Assembly (NCBI RefSeq): GCF_006345805.1
Contig: NC_042999.1
Coordinates: 19,034,001 to 19,098,000 of the forward strand
Reading direction: 5' to 3'
Length of the DNA stretch: 64,000 nucleotides
Origin: Octopus sinensis
Lineage: Eukaryota
This document shows, one piece after another, positions 1 to 14,008 of the stretch; positions within the stretch are counted from its first letter, which is position 1; every line of letters begins with the position of its first letter. Made by a program: the position numbers and the translations under genes. The notes beneath the pieces are model-generated. The model was not told where the DNA came from and searched no databases. It saw only the letters and a program-made list of their open reading frames with translations.

Positions 1-789
1 GTTTGGCAACGTATCATGATATCAAAAATACATTAAAAATGGCAACTTTCTGGTAGTTTAATAAGACATGCGGTTCCGTTTTCATACGTAAGCCAGCTGT
101 GTCAATCTCCTCCCTTAACTGTGTCACCTTATTCAAGTAACAAGTACTTAAATTTATACGGTATATCTTGCAGGATGTTTACTTTTTTTATACTTCAAGT
201 GATAAAATATTTTGTTAAATAAATTTCGTAGGAGGTGAGCAGGAGAATAAAGAAATTATTTGGAGGACAAGTATGCTTAATCTTGGAATCTGCTGTCAAT
301 AAGTTTAACAAATCGTGAGTGAAAGGTAATCTGCTTTTGATCCGGATAACTGCAATAGAATCAACGCATTTAAAAGCACATAATGTATATATGACGTCAT
401 TAATCATTTAGACACGCTAGCTTCTCCGCGAAAATATATACTCCAAGCCAAAGTATGTATAAATTGAGATTCAGTGTACGATTTTGAATATCAGTAAAAC
501 TAGGTACCAGTTAAACTCTTCTACCATTTCAAGCCTATTTTGAAGAATGTACGAGCTAAATATACGTTCTATTTCTATCATTGTGTTTCCATATTATATT
601 TTAAGTATTACACGTGCAGAGCAACGGCAAATGGCAAATTATTTATATGTTCTCAAAACCGTGTGGAGTTCTTGATATAATTAACACAGCTATCTTCTTG
701 CTGAGTTGGCGGTCCACTTACTATTTCACAAAAAACAACTTCCTAGTACGAATGTAAGCTGTAATCAAAGATTCATCGTAAGCAATATA

Positions 790-1196
790 CTCTCTTTACT
801 CTCTTTTACTTGTTTAAGTCATTTGACTGCGGCCATGCTGGAGCACCGCCTTTAATCGAGCAACTCGACCCCGGGACTTATTCTTTTGTAAGCACAGTAC
901 TTATTCTATCGGTCTCTTTTGCCGAACCGCTAGGTACGGGGAAGCAAACACACCAGCATCGGTTGTCAAGCAATGCTAGGGGGACAAACACACTCACAAA
1001 AACACATACACGCATATACATATACATATATGCGACGGGCTTCTTTCAGTTTCCGTCTACCAAATCCACTCACAAGGCTTTGGTCGGCCCGAGGCTATAG
1101 TAGAAGGCACTTTCCCAAGGTGCCACGCAGTAGGACTGAACCCGGAACCATGTGGCTGGTAAACAAGCTACTTACCACACAGCGACTCCTGCGCCT
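790..1196 (-). mobile_element. tRNA-derived SINE family A, full length
   Basis: Minus strand begins AGGCGCAGGAGT with Pol III A-box-like and B-box-like (GGTTCAGTCC) motifs, has an internal (TA/TG) microsatellite and ends in a (GAGTAAAA)-type tail; more than 12 near-identical copies in the window. Confidence 0.9.
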
Positions 1197-1599
1197 ATAA
1201 TATAGGCATGATAACAAAAATTATAAATTATAATTTGGGCTTCTGTTTTCAGTGATGTATGAAGATTAAAGAATAAAATAAGACGGTAGTTGAGACATTA
1301 AAACGTTGGTTAATTCATATCATATGTCATGTGCTTTCTATGATAGTGGGAACAGCATCAGAAATAAGTTTTCACTTTCAGCATTTTCTTCAATTGTGAC
1401 TTTCTAGAACACAGGATAAGTTAAACAAGCACAATTAATTGTGCTCTTATACATGCAATTCTTGAAATACAATGATTATACTAAATCATAGAATATGATA
1501 TCAAACAGAAGCGCAATCCAACTGTAAGTGACAACAATATATTATAACGAATATCGCCGATATTTGAACATTAAACGTCCAAATTTCTATTGAACATTA

Positions 1600-1638
<39 letters not shown>

Positions 1639-1728
1639 TAGATAGATAGATAGATGGATAGATAGATAGACAAACAGATAGATAGACAGACAGACAGACA
1701 AATAGATAGATATGATATACAGATATAT

Positions 1729-1897
1729 GCACCGGAGTGGCTGTGTGGTAAGTAGTTTGCTTAGCAATCACATGGTTCCGGGTTCAGTCCCACTGTGTGG
1801 CACCTTGGGCAAGTGTCTTTCACTATAGTCTCGGGCCGACCAAAACCTTGTGAGCGGATTTGGTAGTCGGAAACTGAAAGAAGCCTGTCATGTATAT

Positions 1898-1947
<50 letters not shown>

Positions 1948-2181
1948 CCGTGTGTGTGAGTGTTTTTGTGTCTGTGTTTGTCCCCATAACATCGCTTGAC
2001 AACCGATACTGGTGCGTTTACTTCCCCGTAGCTTAGCGGTTCGGCGAAAGAGAACGATAGAATAAGTACTAGGCTTACAAAGAATAATTCTTGGATTCAA
2101 TTTGCTCGACCTAATGCGGTGCTCCTGCATGGCCGCAGTCAAATGACTGAAACAAGTAAAAGAGTAAAAGAGTAAAGAGTA
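1729..2181 (+). mobile_element. SINE family A
   Basis: Reverse-complement match to 790-1196: head GGAGTGGCTGTGTGGTAAG, tail GACTGAAACAAGTAAAAGAGTAAAAGAG. Confidence 0.9.
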
Positions 2182-2241
2182 AAGATTTTTTACACATATA
2201 CATCTATATATACATAGACATATATACATGTACACACATAC

Positions 2242-2289
<48 letters not shown>

Positions 2290-3484
2290 GCGGACGCGTA
2301 CACACACACGCTCACACACACTTGTATACATACATACAGCAATGTAGGCTGAATTGCTTATAATTATATGCTTTCGTTACGAATCCATTCCACCTCAAAA
2401 GTGTAACTTAAGACAAAGATAAATTTTTCCCTCAGACTGCCATCTTCAATCTCATAACATGATATTCGCTTTTACATTAAGAACGATGAAAAGCCCTTTC
2501 AAAATACAAAAGACACGTATTCGTATTGATAACAAATCTTTAATTAGGAAATTTACGACCGCTCCAATGGACATTTCATCCATTTGTAAAGAACGCTTAT
2601 TAAACCTTTCATGATTTCACTATCATCCAGCTTACATGACTGAACCTTTGGACAAAATAAAAATATAAAAAGATAATTGAAAGTGTGAGTTCTTATCAAG
2701 ATATTTAATCACTATTTCAAATTTCGTATATGACAGTCTGATCCTTAGATTTAACTCATTCAGAAAAATGACTGATTAGTGTTCGTACAGATAAAAGATT
2801 GACAACCAATCATATATCATCTTCAACATTTATTATTAGTACTAAGTTGGCAAGAGTAATTTAGTTTTGTCAATCATTATCCTCATACATTTGAAGTTCA
2901 AAGTGAACGGGGACAATTACATATATTTCCAGTCCAACATTTGAAAATGAGTCATTTATTGTTATTCCTGCGCTGAACAAATTAGTTTTCTTTTGATTAT
3001 GAATCTCATTAAACTCTTAGCTATTCACCGTTAGTAAATCTCCTTAATGTTCCATAGAATATATATATATATATGAAAGAACATCTGTACGAAGTGAGGA
3101 TCCCTTGTGTGCTGAATGAGATCTTCCATTTATAAATTCAGATATAAGTACATTTGTGTAGAACCTCAAATGAATATGCTAAAAATTAACTAACAGAACT
3201 AGCAGCAACATGTTAGCAATAAAGTAGTAATTAAGATGAATATTAAACAATATAATACTTCTACAGTTAATGAAGTATAAAGAAGACTGCAATATTTATA
3301 TTTATTAACAGGTTTAAGTTAATACATTTTTACCAATATCTTATTTGATTTTATTATGTTAATCGTCATATTCACCGTTAGATGTATATTGCGTCCATCT
3401 TACGTGTACGCCCATGCTGGAATTTCGAGTTGAAGGGGTTTTCTCAATAAAATGGGAAACGGTCCTCATTTTTTAAACGCCGAT

Positions 3485-3900
3485 CTCTTTCTCTTTCTCT
3501 CTTTTACTTGTTTCAGTCATTTGACTGCGGCCATGCTGGAGCACCGCCTTTAGTCGAGCAAATCGACCCCAGGACTTATTCTTTGTAAGCCCAGTACTTA
3601 TTCTATCGGTCTCTTTTGCCGAGCCGCTAAGTGACGGGGACGTAAACACACCAGCATCGGTTGTCAAAAGCAATGCTAGGGGAACAAACACAGACACACA
3701 AACACACATACACACACATATATATATACATATATACGACGGGCTTCTTTCAGTTTCCGTCTACCAAATCCACTCACAAGGCATTTGTCGGCCCGGGGCT
3801 ATAGCAGAAGACACTTGCCCAAGATGCCACGCAGTGGGACTGAACCCGGAATCATGTGGTTGGTTAGCAAGCTACTTACCACACAGCCACTCCTGCGCCT
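3485..3900 (-). mobile_element. SINE family A
   Basis: Near-identical to 790-1196 over its full length. Confidence 0.9.
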
Positions 3901-4051
3901 ATGATATTTATTTCCTCGGTTTCTTTTGCAGAATGACTTTACTACGGTGGTTTTGGCAAACTAAAACTTGTTATTGAACAGTGTCTGGTAGAATCGAAAA
4001 AAAAAAGCAGAAACTGAAGAACACACGCGCATATACACAAAAAAATACATA

Positions 4052-4450
4052 TAGGTGTAGGAGTGGCTGTGTGGTAAGTAGCTTGCTTACCATCCACATG
4101 GTTCCGGGTTCAGTCCCACAGCGTGACACCTTGGGCAAGTGTCTTCGACTATAGCGTCGGGCCGACCAAACCTTTTGAATGGATTTGGTACAGGGAAACT
4201 GAAAGAGACCCGTCGTATATACATGTATATATATATATATGTATGTGTGTATATATGTTTGTGTGTCTGTGTTTGTCCCCCACCACCAACATCACTTGAC
4301 AACCGATGCTGGTGTGTTTGTGTCCCCGTAACTTAGTGGTTCGGCAAAGGAGACCGATATGGGTCATGGGCTCGATTTCTCGACGAAGGGTGGTGCTCCA
4401 GCATGGCCACTGTCACATGACTGAAACAAAATAGTAAAAGCGTAAAGAGA
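4052..4450 (+). mobile_element. SINE family A
   Basis: Same head, body and tail with a short 3' deletion. Confidence 0.88.
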
Positions 4451-4734
4451 CTATATGCAATGTGTGTGTGTGTATGTGTACGTCCGTGTGTGCGTGTGTA
4501 CAGAGGTGTGTGTGTAGGAACACGTATACATTTACAACGATCCCACACACATTTTCCCTCAGCCAAATATATTCGTAAGGAATTGATGCTCCTAGAGCTA
4601 TAATATAGTTCACTTCCCATTGGTGCGGTGCGAAGGACTGAAACCAAGAGACATACCAAAGAAACGCATTTATTAATCACTGGGCCGCGAAAGAAGGAAA
4701 CTGAGAGTTTTCAGTAAAGACCAATAACTGATCC

Positions 4735-4904
4735 TTTCCTTCCTTTCATCCGTTCAGCCGAAGTCGACTCTCGGTTACTCGATGGACCAGTGTTCTCTAG
4801 TCAGTTCTATCCTGGGTCGCTTCTTTCAGATCGGCTATGGCCATTCCCTTCTCACTCTTGATGGTGTCAAGCCAGCGGGTTCTTGGTCGGCCTCTTCCTC
4901 TCTG
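4735..4904 (-). mobile_element. RTE (BovB-like) LINE 3' end relic
   Basis: Minus strand translates as QRGRGRPRTRWLDTIKSEKGMAIADLKEATQDRTD*RTLVHRVTESRLRLNG*, the typical RTE ORF C-terminus, followed by a short (AGGA)-type tail. Confidence 0.85.
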
Positions 4905-5018
4905 ATTAATTAATTGTTCCTCTTAATTAATAATTGCCTGTGTTATAAAAATGTTCAAAATAATATAAGATAGTGGATTATAATGAAAATATAAATTCAC
5001 ATTGCCATTGACTGTTAA

Positions 5019-5487
5019 TTTCCCTCAAAATCAGTTCTGATACTCTTATCAAACAGTTCTACCCGCAAAGGCATCCCAGCACGATGCATCGGTTTTCTGT
5101 ATATCAAATGCATATTATAATCATCATGACTATATTATCTAAGCCGCCATCCCTCATTAAATAAAGTTCACAGAGTTTACTTTGAGAAGGCTGATCTTAC
5201 TAGCAAATTTGGCGGGGACACAAAGGTTTTATGACTTATTCCATCAATTGCCTTTTAGGAGATAACGATATTACTGGTATTTAATTGTGGTTTTTATGGT
5301 TATTTCAGCTATCTAACTCTTAGGAAATTTCAAATCGGTTTTCCTTTATACTTTTCAATGAGTTTCTCATGTACAGACTAAAAATCAACTGTAATACACA
5401 CTTTTGTGCCGTTAAATATTCGGGCATATATTTCTATGTATAAACTATATGGAATGGTTATACTTTCTTATTTATTTATTGCCCACA
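5019..5487. repeat. ~460 bp dispersed duplication, copy 1 (partner 24719-25172)
   Basis: Colinear from TTTCCCTCAAAATCAGTTCTGATACTC to TTATTTATTTATTGCCCACA in both copies. Confidence 0.9.
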
Positions 5488-8146
5488 TGATGAGTTGAAA
5501 CTTAACTGCAAATGCTATGTTACATCCTATGATTAAGCACTTTAGTCGGATTATATATATTCGTATCTGCTCAGCTTATTCTCTCTCAATAAAATGCGGC
5601 ATGTATAATATGTCACTATTTTTACGCGCTCCGGCCGTACGATTGATGCAAAATGAATTGCCAAGAATACTGACGATTGGCAAAAGTAGATTTTCTTCGC
5701 CGATTGGCAATGGTCGTTTTTTTTTTGCTTTTATTTTATTGTTGATTTTTTTTTTTTACATTTTTGTGAAAAAATACATTTGTGCTAAACCTCAGACATC
5801 CTTACCGACTTCAGTCGAGAGAAAGTATGTCTCTTTCTTTAGTTGTGATGAATGCTTCAGACTATATTGTTAGTAGGTTGTATTTCTATCGATACTTTCA
5901 TACAAAGCAAACATTGCCACGTCCTCTTTCAAACAAGCAGATAAAATATTCTGTGCACAAATATCATATATTGGATAAGTTCTTATTTATCAAAGGATTA
6001 TGTCTAAGTAATAAAAAAGATCAATAATTATACCTATAAACTATCGATAAATATAAGCAGGACGGCGTTGGAAACAGAACAATATAAAATGGATATTTTA
6101 AGTTTGGATGATGTAATATCGTGCGAGAACGTGACATTAACCATAAAGCAGGTTGTGTATGGAACTATATTTTTATACTTCTTCAGAATTTCAGCACATT
6201 TATAACAATACGTATTGTTGCATTATGAATTGATCCTTCCAAGGGAAGATTCCTAGAAATAGTTACGTTATACTTTCCTGGAAGTAAAAGCTCTTTTTCA
6301 AAAGATATCTGTGTTATAAGCGTTGCTGCAAATGCTAATTTTATTCATGTGAGGATTCTCCGAAAATACTTGGAAGCTGAACGTGATTTTTTTCTTTCAG
6401 ACACGTTCGTTATTAAAAATTATTTTTATTTGAACTAGTGTCATTGGTGGCGGTTGTGATATTCTTTATATTCTTTCCCCAACGTGATGACGTTTTTATA
6501 GAATTTTTATAATTATGTTTTAACTCGAAACGAATTTGGGAACAGTGCATGACGTGTATTGCTTGTTATTGACAATATATTCCGACAACGTTTTGCCTCA
6601 TTATACAGAGAAACATAATTAAATGTATGTATCTAGTGCAATTCACTATTTCTGATACACTGACTGATATAATATAATGTCATTCTCAGTATTGTCTTAT
6701 TATAACGCAAGCAAAAATTTCATTATAGGAAAATACGGCTGACTTAACTGCAAATGTATGTTTTTCATTCCAAAACCATATTAAGGATGTTACTGTAAGC
6801 ATATTGCTTCTTGACGATTCACGATATATAATATATAACAATCTCACTGAATTACATTATTTTCATTATTAGGCAAAATAATAATACTTCAAATTTGAAC
6901 ACTCGGATCACATGCTCAACGCATTTCTTCCGGATTTTTAGCTTTTAAATTCCAAGCCCTCTACGGACAACTTTGCTTTTTGTACTTTCGAACTCATTAG
7001 TTATTACTAGTTAATTTCTGGGATCAATGTAATCGACTTTCCCTTCTTTTCAAAATTGTTGGCCTTGTACCAAAATTGGACAGAACCTTTATGCGAAAAT
7101 GTTAGAATAATTAGCCTCAATCATTCTTTTATTACAATATAGACACGCATTTCAATTTACACAACTATTGAAAATTCTTGTTTGTCAAAGTAAAGTTGTT
7201 AATCAAAAATCTATCATTATTTTTGCCAAATGTATTTTCTGTGACGTACGGAACATATTTAAAAAAAAAAAACCAGTTACGTAAAATGTTTTTTCTCGTG
7301 TTTCTGTACCGAAATGCTCGGTATGTTCTAGGTTATAAGATTTAGAATTTCGATTTTTTTCGATCTCATTTATTTTTGTACTAACATTGTCATTTTAGTA
7401 GTTTCCTGGTGTGGTCATCTTTTAACTGGACACTATAGTGACATTTGAAACATTACGTTAGTAAGAAAATATACTTATTTGAAAAGAAAATCCCTTTAGC
7501 AATACCCCAGTATATATTCGTTTTCTAAATAATACATATTTTATCCATGGGTGAAATGCAAATTAAATGTAGATTAATTTACCAGTGAACATTTGGAAAT
7601 CATTAGCAATTACAAAGATCCGATGTATGGCAGACAAAGAGGATAAGTCGAATAAAAATATATATGTATTTAATTTCATTAAATCATTTGTTAATTGCAT
7701 TGCTTATTACCTGAAATACATCATGTATTCGTAACACTCGTAACAATCACTGAGTTTTCTAAACGGATAAACGTTCTAAAAGCTGATATGACAGTTTAAC
7801 GCCTCATGTGTCTAGCTCGCAAAGAAGTAGTACAAAGATTACGATGAAGCCATTATCATTCATATTAAAATAAAAAAAAAACAACTGTTTTCATTGTAAT
7901 AAATGCATACAAAGTAACAAAAATCTTGCTTCAAGTTATGTAGCATCGCCAAAAATGATTATACCAGTGCCTAGTACAAGAAGTAACAATCGAAAAGAAA
8001 CGCTAGATTTATGCGGTTCGTAAAATAAAATGTGAATCGAGAAATATTTCTAAATGTGTACTTCTTATTCCTGAAGAATATGTTACGCCGACAAACTTTA
8101 CTCAAATTCATAACTGCTGTAACTTAAAATATTTGCTAATGTATTG

Positions 8147-8594
8147 AGCATGAGTGGCTGTGTGGTAAGTAGCTTGCTTACCAGCCACATGGTTCCTGGT
8201 TCAGTCGGGCAAGTGCCTTCTACTATAGCTTTGGGCCGACTAAAACCTTGTGTGTGGATTTGGTAGACGGAAACTGAAAGAAAAGAAGCCTGTCGTATAT
8301 ATGCATGTGATCACCGTGACCGACCAGGCTATCAGATGTTGCTACACATCGCTGGTCACAATGCGCTTCGCATTGTTTTTTAGCCTTCAAATGACGCCAC
8401 CCCGCTGGCTAAGCGAGCAGGCCAACAGAAGAAAGAGTGAGAGAAAGTTGTGGCGAAAGAGTACAGCAGGGATCGCCACCATCCTCTGTCGGAGCCTTTA
8501 GGTGTTTTCTCTCAATAAACACTCACAACGCCCGATCTGGGAATCGAAACCGCGATCCTTACCACTGGGCCACTGCGCCTCCATATATGTATAC

Positions 8595-8632
<38 letters not shown>

Positions 8633-8845
8633 GTGTGTGTGTGTTTGCCCCCCCCCAAAAAAAAAAATCCGCTTGATAACCGATGCTAGTATGTTTACGT
8701 CCCCATAACATAACGGTTCGGCAAAAGTGACCGAATAAATACTAGGCTTCCAAAGAAAAGTCCTGGGGTCGATTTTCTCGACTAAAGGCAGTACTCCAGC
8801 ATGGCCGCAGTCAAATGACTGAAACGAGTAAAAGACTAAAAGAGA
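8147..8845 (+). mobile_element. SINE family A interrupted by a family B SINE
   Basis: Family A head at 8147-8300 and 3' half at 8630-8845 flank an inserted element. Confidence 0.85.
8306..8583 (-). mobile_element. SINE family B (tail variant c) nested in a family A microsatellite
   Basis: Minus-strand head TGGAGGCGCAGTGGCCCAGTGG..GGTTTCGATTCCC as at 9863, with a different 3' tail ending GGTCGGTCACGGTGATCAC. Confidence 0.85.
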
Positions 8846-9862
8846 TGATTCAGACTCCCACTTAGGATCGCCACATGCGTGCGAATTACAAGAACATATT
8901 TGAAACCAATGAATTATTATGTATAAAAATAATATAATCGCTCACAAAAACACAAACAATAGAAAATAAGGAATCAAAAATATTCAAATGACAAACTATC
9001 AAAATTCAGAACAGGAAGCAGGAATGTAGAACAACCGAAAGTAAATGAAACAAAGAAAATAACATATGCACTTTTACAGTGTATTGCTAATGTACTGTTA
9101 CAGAATATTGATGCAAACATCAATATTCTGAAGTACGGAGTAAACGCACTGCATACATCGAAAAATGCATACCTCCTTAAACATTGAAAGTCAGACAAAC
9201 AACATTAAAATCAATCTACCAAAATATAATACATTTCTCAATCAATACTACCGAAATACAAATATAAAATGTAGAACTCAAATAGCGCTTTAATACAAGT
9301 GAATTTCTCTAAACTGTAATGAATGTGTAGGCTATGAAAGATAATAGTATATTTAAATTAAATGAGGAATATATCTCTAACCCAGCTAATATTACTTACA
9401 ATTAAGTGAAATAAAATAAGGCCTTACGTATATCCATCAACGTAAATATGTTCGATGCAGAAATCGCAATAGTTCAATGCTATAACCATGATGTCAAACT
9501 CAGGGATATTCTACGAAAAGTAACAGCCAATAAATTAACCGAAATACAACAAAATTAATATTAGGAAGATCGTTGAGATAAAAGAAAACTCTTCCTTAGA
9601 TTAAAATAACCTGCACAAAGTTGTTTCAAAGGATTCATAATAGCTTCCTGATCCATACCGACCGGTTCTATGGCTAACGGTTATGAAACGCATATTAATC
9701 AACAACGCCAAAAAATTATATTTTAATTCAGAGGAAGTATTATCTAAAATCCCTGATGTGATAATTAGGTAAACCTTTAAAATAAGTTCTCTGTTTTATA
9801 AACTTAGTGATCCCCGAGAAAAAATTCAATAAGACATTCATCATGAATGTTATTAAAGATTG

Positions 9863-10238
9863 TGGAGGCGCAATGGCCCAGTGGTTAGGGCAGCGGACTC
9901 GCGGTCGTAGGATCACGGTTTCGATTTCCAGACCGGGCGTTGTGAGTGTTTATTGAGCGAAAATACCTAAAAGCTCCACGAGGCTCCAGCAGGGATGGTG
10001 GTGATCCCTGTTGTACTCTTTCACCACAACTTTCTCTTACTTCCTGTTTCTGTTGTACCTGTATTTCAAAGGGCCGGCCTTGTCACTCTGTGTGTCACGC
10101 TGAATATCCCCGAGAACTACGTTAAGGTTACACGTGTCTGTGGACTGCTCAGCCACGTACACGTTAATTTCACGAGCAGGCTGTTCCGTTGATCGGATCA
10201 ACCGGAACTCTCGTCGTCGTAGCCGACGGAGTGCTTCC
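9863..10238 (+). mobile_element. tRNA-derived SINE family B (tail variant a)
   Basis: A box TGGCCCAGTGG and B-box-like GGTTTCGATT; flanked by the direct repeat TATTAAAGATT (TSD); near-identical to 19375-19760. Confidence 0.9.
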
Positions 10239-12279
10239 ATATTAAAGATTATGAATGTAGTGTTCAATAAATTGATACCTGAAGACTGTAGGAACACAGT
10301 AAGTTTATGCATAACGTGTATCAATTATCACGATATATTTTGCAATTTTTTACTGCTTTTATTTTGCGGCTGTGGATTCACTTCACATTGTGTAAAAATC
10401 ATTTTTTTTTTCGTAGAAGTAGTGCCAGAATGACTAGAGTTTTACGAAGGATGTGTCTGATTTGTTTTTTAGGATGACAATCCTTTCTGCAGGGCACATG
10501 GTTGTGAAGATGTTTTTGATCACTCTACTCAAGAACGGATACTGAAAAGTAGTTTCATTCTATATAAAATGTGACAATGAGCTACGCAAGGAAAAAAAAT
10601 ATTTATACTTCTACTTAATATCAGGAAAGGGAAAAGGAAACTAAATTATGGAATCAATCAAACTAAAAGAAAAACAACTAAATGTCAAAAGTATGGAAGA
10701 CATGACACATAAAATGCTTAAAATAAAACCAAAAAAGGTGTCCATGAATAGCCAGTTCTCACCAGGAAGTGAGAAAATCTTCACCTAATCTTCGCCATGT
10801 CAAAGACTATTCAGAAATAAAAGACAGAAGCCGAATGTCAATTAGATATTGAAAAACTTCAGCATAAATAAATAAAAAACACTTCTTTTCTCGATGCCAA
10901 ATCCTCAAAGATGGGTTTCTCATAAGATGATAACAATGTTGATGATGATCACGGTGAGGATTCCTTACATTTACGACAATATTAAGTTTTACCAAACACT
11001 AGAAAAGCGTAAATGACAGCAGCATGTATTTTTTTATTTGTATTTATTGCTACCCGAAAATGACGAATAGGATTCTATTCGTTCGGTGCTCAAATTACAA
11101 ATGGAAAGAGACAACAATATACAGTAAGGTATTTTACCCAATTTTTCAGTAACATTCATGAAAGCATCAACAACAAGCAGCAACAAGGAGGACAAGAATG
11201 GAACTGAATAATAGATTTGATGGGAACATATTCGGTTTACGGATACTTCCATGTAAAAGGATTTAACCTCGTCCGTTCAGAGTGAAGTCAATCGACAACA
11301 GCAGTCTAGCGCAAACACAATTCATGAAAAGACAGAACGCAAAACAACTCTTTTTTTAAAACAGAAAACCTGAATTGCGAATTCTGTTGTTTCTGGGGAG
11401 AGTCATTTTCTTTTTGTGCCTTATAATGTAACATACTCACGTGTAAAATTTCCACTTATTTCTTTTTTTTTTTTTCCTAAAACTTGTGTTGCGGATTCCT
11501 TACGAAACAAATATCAAAGTTTGTGTTCTAAGTCACAATTTCTGAATAATATATTCTTCTAATTCAATTTGATAATTCATGGCAGGGATTCACTTTACTT
11601 GCTTCGAAGTTTTAGTCATAAGTGTTGCTGTTACGAAGAGATATTTGTAGCTTAATATTAGCCAGTGCATATATTGATGTGGTCTACCTTCTTAATGCTA
11701 CCAAATGACAATTTGGGGGCTTTCTTCTTTTATATCGTAGCGATACCTGCTTACATCCATATATCCATATATTGCTGTCTTTTTCTGTACAAAATTTGAA
11801 GGATATATTTATTATCAATATATTGTTTCGTAATTAAAGTAATACTTCCAAGCATCACTTTGTCCATATTCACTTCTATTTTTGAGAGGTATGGCGGAAA
11901 ATACGCATAACTTGTTCTGTAGGTGATATGTAAATCAAATACATGTTCTCCTAAAATATATACAGCTTTTCAATTTTCTTTTATCGAATTCTGTGATGAG
12001 AGTTCCCCCACAAAATGTACGTAGTTTTTATACACGAAAGTTCTGAAAAAGGGAAACATTTTCCACTTGTGAAATACATCTTCATTTCAAGCTAGGTGTA
12101 AATAAGCGTTTATGTTTCTTCGCAGTGAATAATAAAATAAGAACAAAAGGAGAATAAGGAAGGTACCCGAAACGAAATAAAATAGCGGGTATATCATTAG
12201 AGACATTAATACATCGAGTATGCGAGTATTTAGATACCTTACTTCCTTCCCGAGATGGAAAAAAAATATGAGCAACGCA

Positions 12280-12750
12280 ACTTAGATAGAACAACTAGAA
12301 AGGTATTCACAATGGACACCGCAATGCACAATGCACTGTAGAAGTTATCCCTTCAATCCATTTCTATCTAGAATGGAAGGTGGCAGAAGATTGCAAAACG
12401 GAGGAAACACCGTTAGTACTGAGATACTGGGTTTGAAAAATAATATTGTGCAGAATGAAGACAGATATCCACAGAGTTACCAAACAAATGGAGAATTGAA
12501 AGAAGAAAGAATAAACAACAGGACAAATAAATGAAAAGACATGAAATTACACGGTCCATGCAAAAAGTCAAGAATTTTGAAAGCAAAGTACTCTGGCTCT
12601 GATTAAGGAAAGGGAACTTAAAACGTGAAACGGAAACGTTAATTGTAGCCCCTCCGGAACATTCCAATAGACATCGGCAAAATTCCTAAGCAAATATTAG
12701 CAAAACTCACTCAGGCAGTAAATGTAGATACTGTATGACTGGAGACTCAA
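12280..12750 (+). mobile_element. Degenerate R4/Dong-like (restriction-like endonuclease) non-LTR retrotransposon relic
   Basis: Broken frames give DRTTRKVFTM, LSRMEGGRRL, KDMKLHG, RKGNLKRETETLIVA and KCRYC, matching the post-RT region and zinc-knuckle start of R4/Dong-type elements; (TAA)n tracts nearby. Confidence 0.65.
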
Positions 12751-12942
12751 GTATTAAAGAAGTTTAAGTGCAGGCCAGCTCCACTGCATAGGAAAAGAGA
12801 TCTCCAGAATAGACCCATTCACCCGCACTAGCCTTGCCACACTCAACCGCCTTTCAGTAAACACACTAGGATCACTAAACGGCGTTTCAAACAATTGATG
12901 AAACCTTGGTTAAATAAGAAAGTGCATTATTATTATTATTAT

Positions 12943-13016
12943 TCAGGTCACTCCCTGGAATCGAACTGGGGAACTTGGGGTTAGGAGCCCGCCTCGCTCT
13001 TAACCACTACACCATA
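12943..13016 (-). mobile_element. Short tRNA-like SINE with (AAT)n tail
   Basis: Minus strand ATGGTGTAGTGGTTAAGAGC..CAGTTCGATTCCAGGGAGTGACCTG(AAT)n carries A and B boxes but no complete cloverleaf. Confidence 0.65.
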
Positions 13017-13021
13017 AGTGA

Positions 13022-13026
<5 letters not shown>

Positions 13027-13079
<53 letters not shown>

Positions 13080-13332
13080 TAATAATAATTATAATAATAA
13101 TAATAAGAAGAAGAAGAGAAGAAGAAGAAGAAGAAGGAGAAGGAGAAGAAGAAGAAGAAGACTAAGAAAAAGAAGGAGAAGGAGAAGAAGAAAAAGAGCA
13201 TGTTTTCAAACGTTTCAGACGGATCCGCTACACTGCCTCTTTCGCCAAAGCCACTGATGATGATGATGATGATGATGATGAAGAGGATGATGATGATGAT
13301 GATGATGATGATGGTGATGATGATGGTGATGG

Positions 13333-13390
<58 letters not shown>

Positions 13391-13540
13391 GGTGGTGGTG
13401 GTGGTGGTGGTGGTGGTGGTAGCGGTTCTGGTAGTGGTGGTGAGGGTGGTATTGGTGGCGGTGGTCATGTTGGTGGACGATGATGTCGATTCGATAATGA
13501 TAACGACGACGAAGACGACGACGATGATGACGATGAGGAA
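13027..13540. repeat. Compound trinucleotide microsatellite (AAT)n-(AAG)n-(GAT)n-(GGT)n-(GAC)n
   Basis: Directly visible; source of the poly-His, poly-Met and poly-Ile ORFs. Confidence 0.97.
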
Positions 13541-13969
13541 CAACAAAGCACCTTCGCTCAACAGATCGAAAATTCATATCTGTCTTCTGAAAATTTCAAC
13601 AACAGAAATAAAATTAAACGAAAACCGTTATCCATGTAAATCGTCGCCGATTAAAAGAATTTATTGTCGAACAAATGGGAATATCTTTACAAATGATATT
13701 CTTAATAAAATTTGAAATGATCATTTTCATTTAAAGAATTTATGACAACGTAACTTGATTTTGACTTCAATCTTATTTCATTCACAAGTATTTAAATTAA
13801 AGAAGCAGTCAATTTCCATCAGTTATCCTAGACTGATGCACATGTACACGCATATGCATATACAGATACACCCACATAAATATGTAAACATATATATTTG
13901 TATATTCATATGTATATATATATATATATATATACACTTTATTTAAAGCAGCAGAAAATTCAACAAAAC

Positions 13970-14003
13970 CTGTTACTTTGAGTTTCACGTTGCCGTTCGT
14001 CAG
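13970..14003 (-). ncRNA. Minimal type I hammerhead ribozyme motif (core intact, stem I 5' strand lost at the inversion)
   Basis: Minus strand CUGACGA-ACG(GCAA)CGU-GAAA-CUCAAAG-UA-ACAG. Confidence 0.7.
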
Positions 14004-14008
14004 CAAAA

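Noticed and set aside
5620-5720. Promoter with two CGATTGGCAA (CCAAT) boxes
   Set aside because: No supporting TATA/Inr spacing or exon; too weak
9863-9940. tRNA gene (and similar heads in other SINE copies)
   Set aside because: A and B boxes run into SINE bodies; no complete cloverleaf
13079-13715. Poly-His, poly-Met and poly-Thr/Ile ORFs (also poly-Pro/Gly ORFs at 15459-15835)
   Set aside because: Open in several frames only because of trinucleotide microsatellites; no coding context
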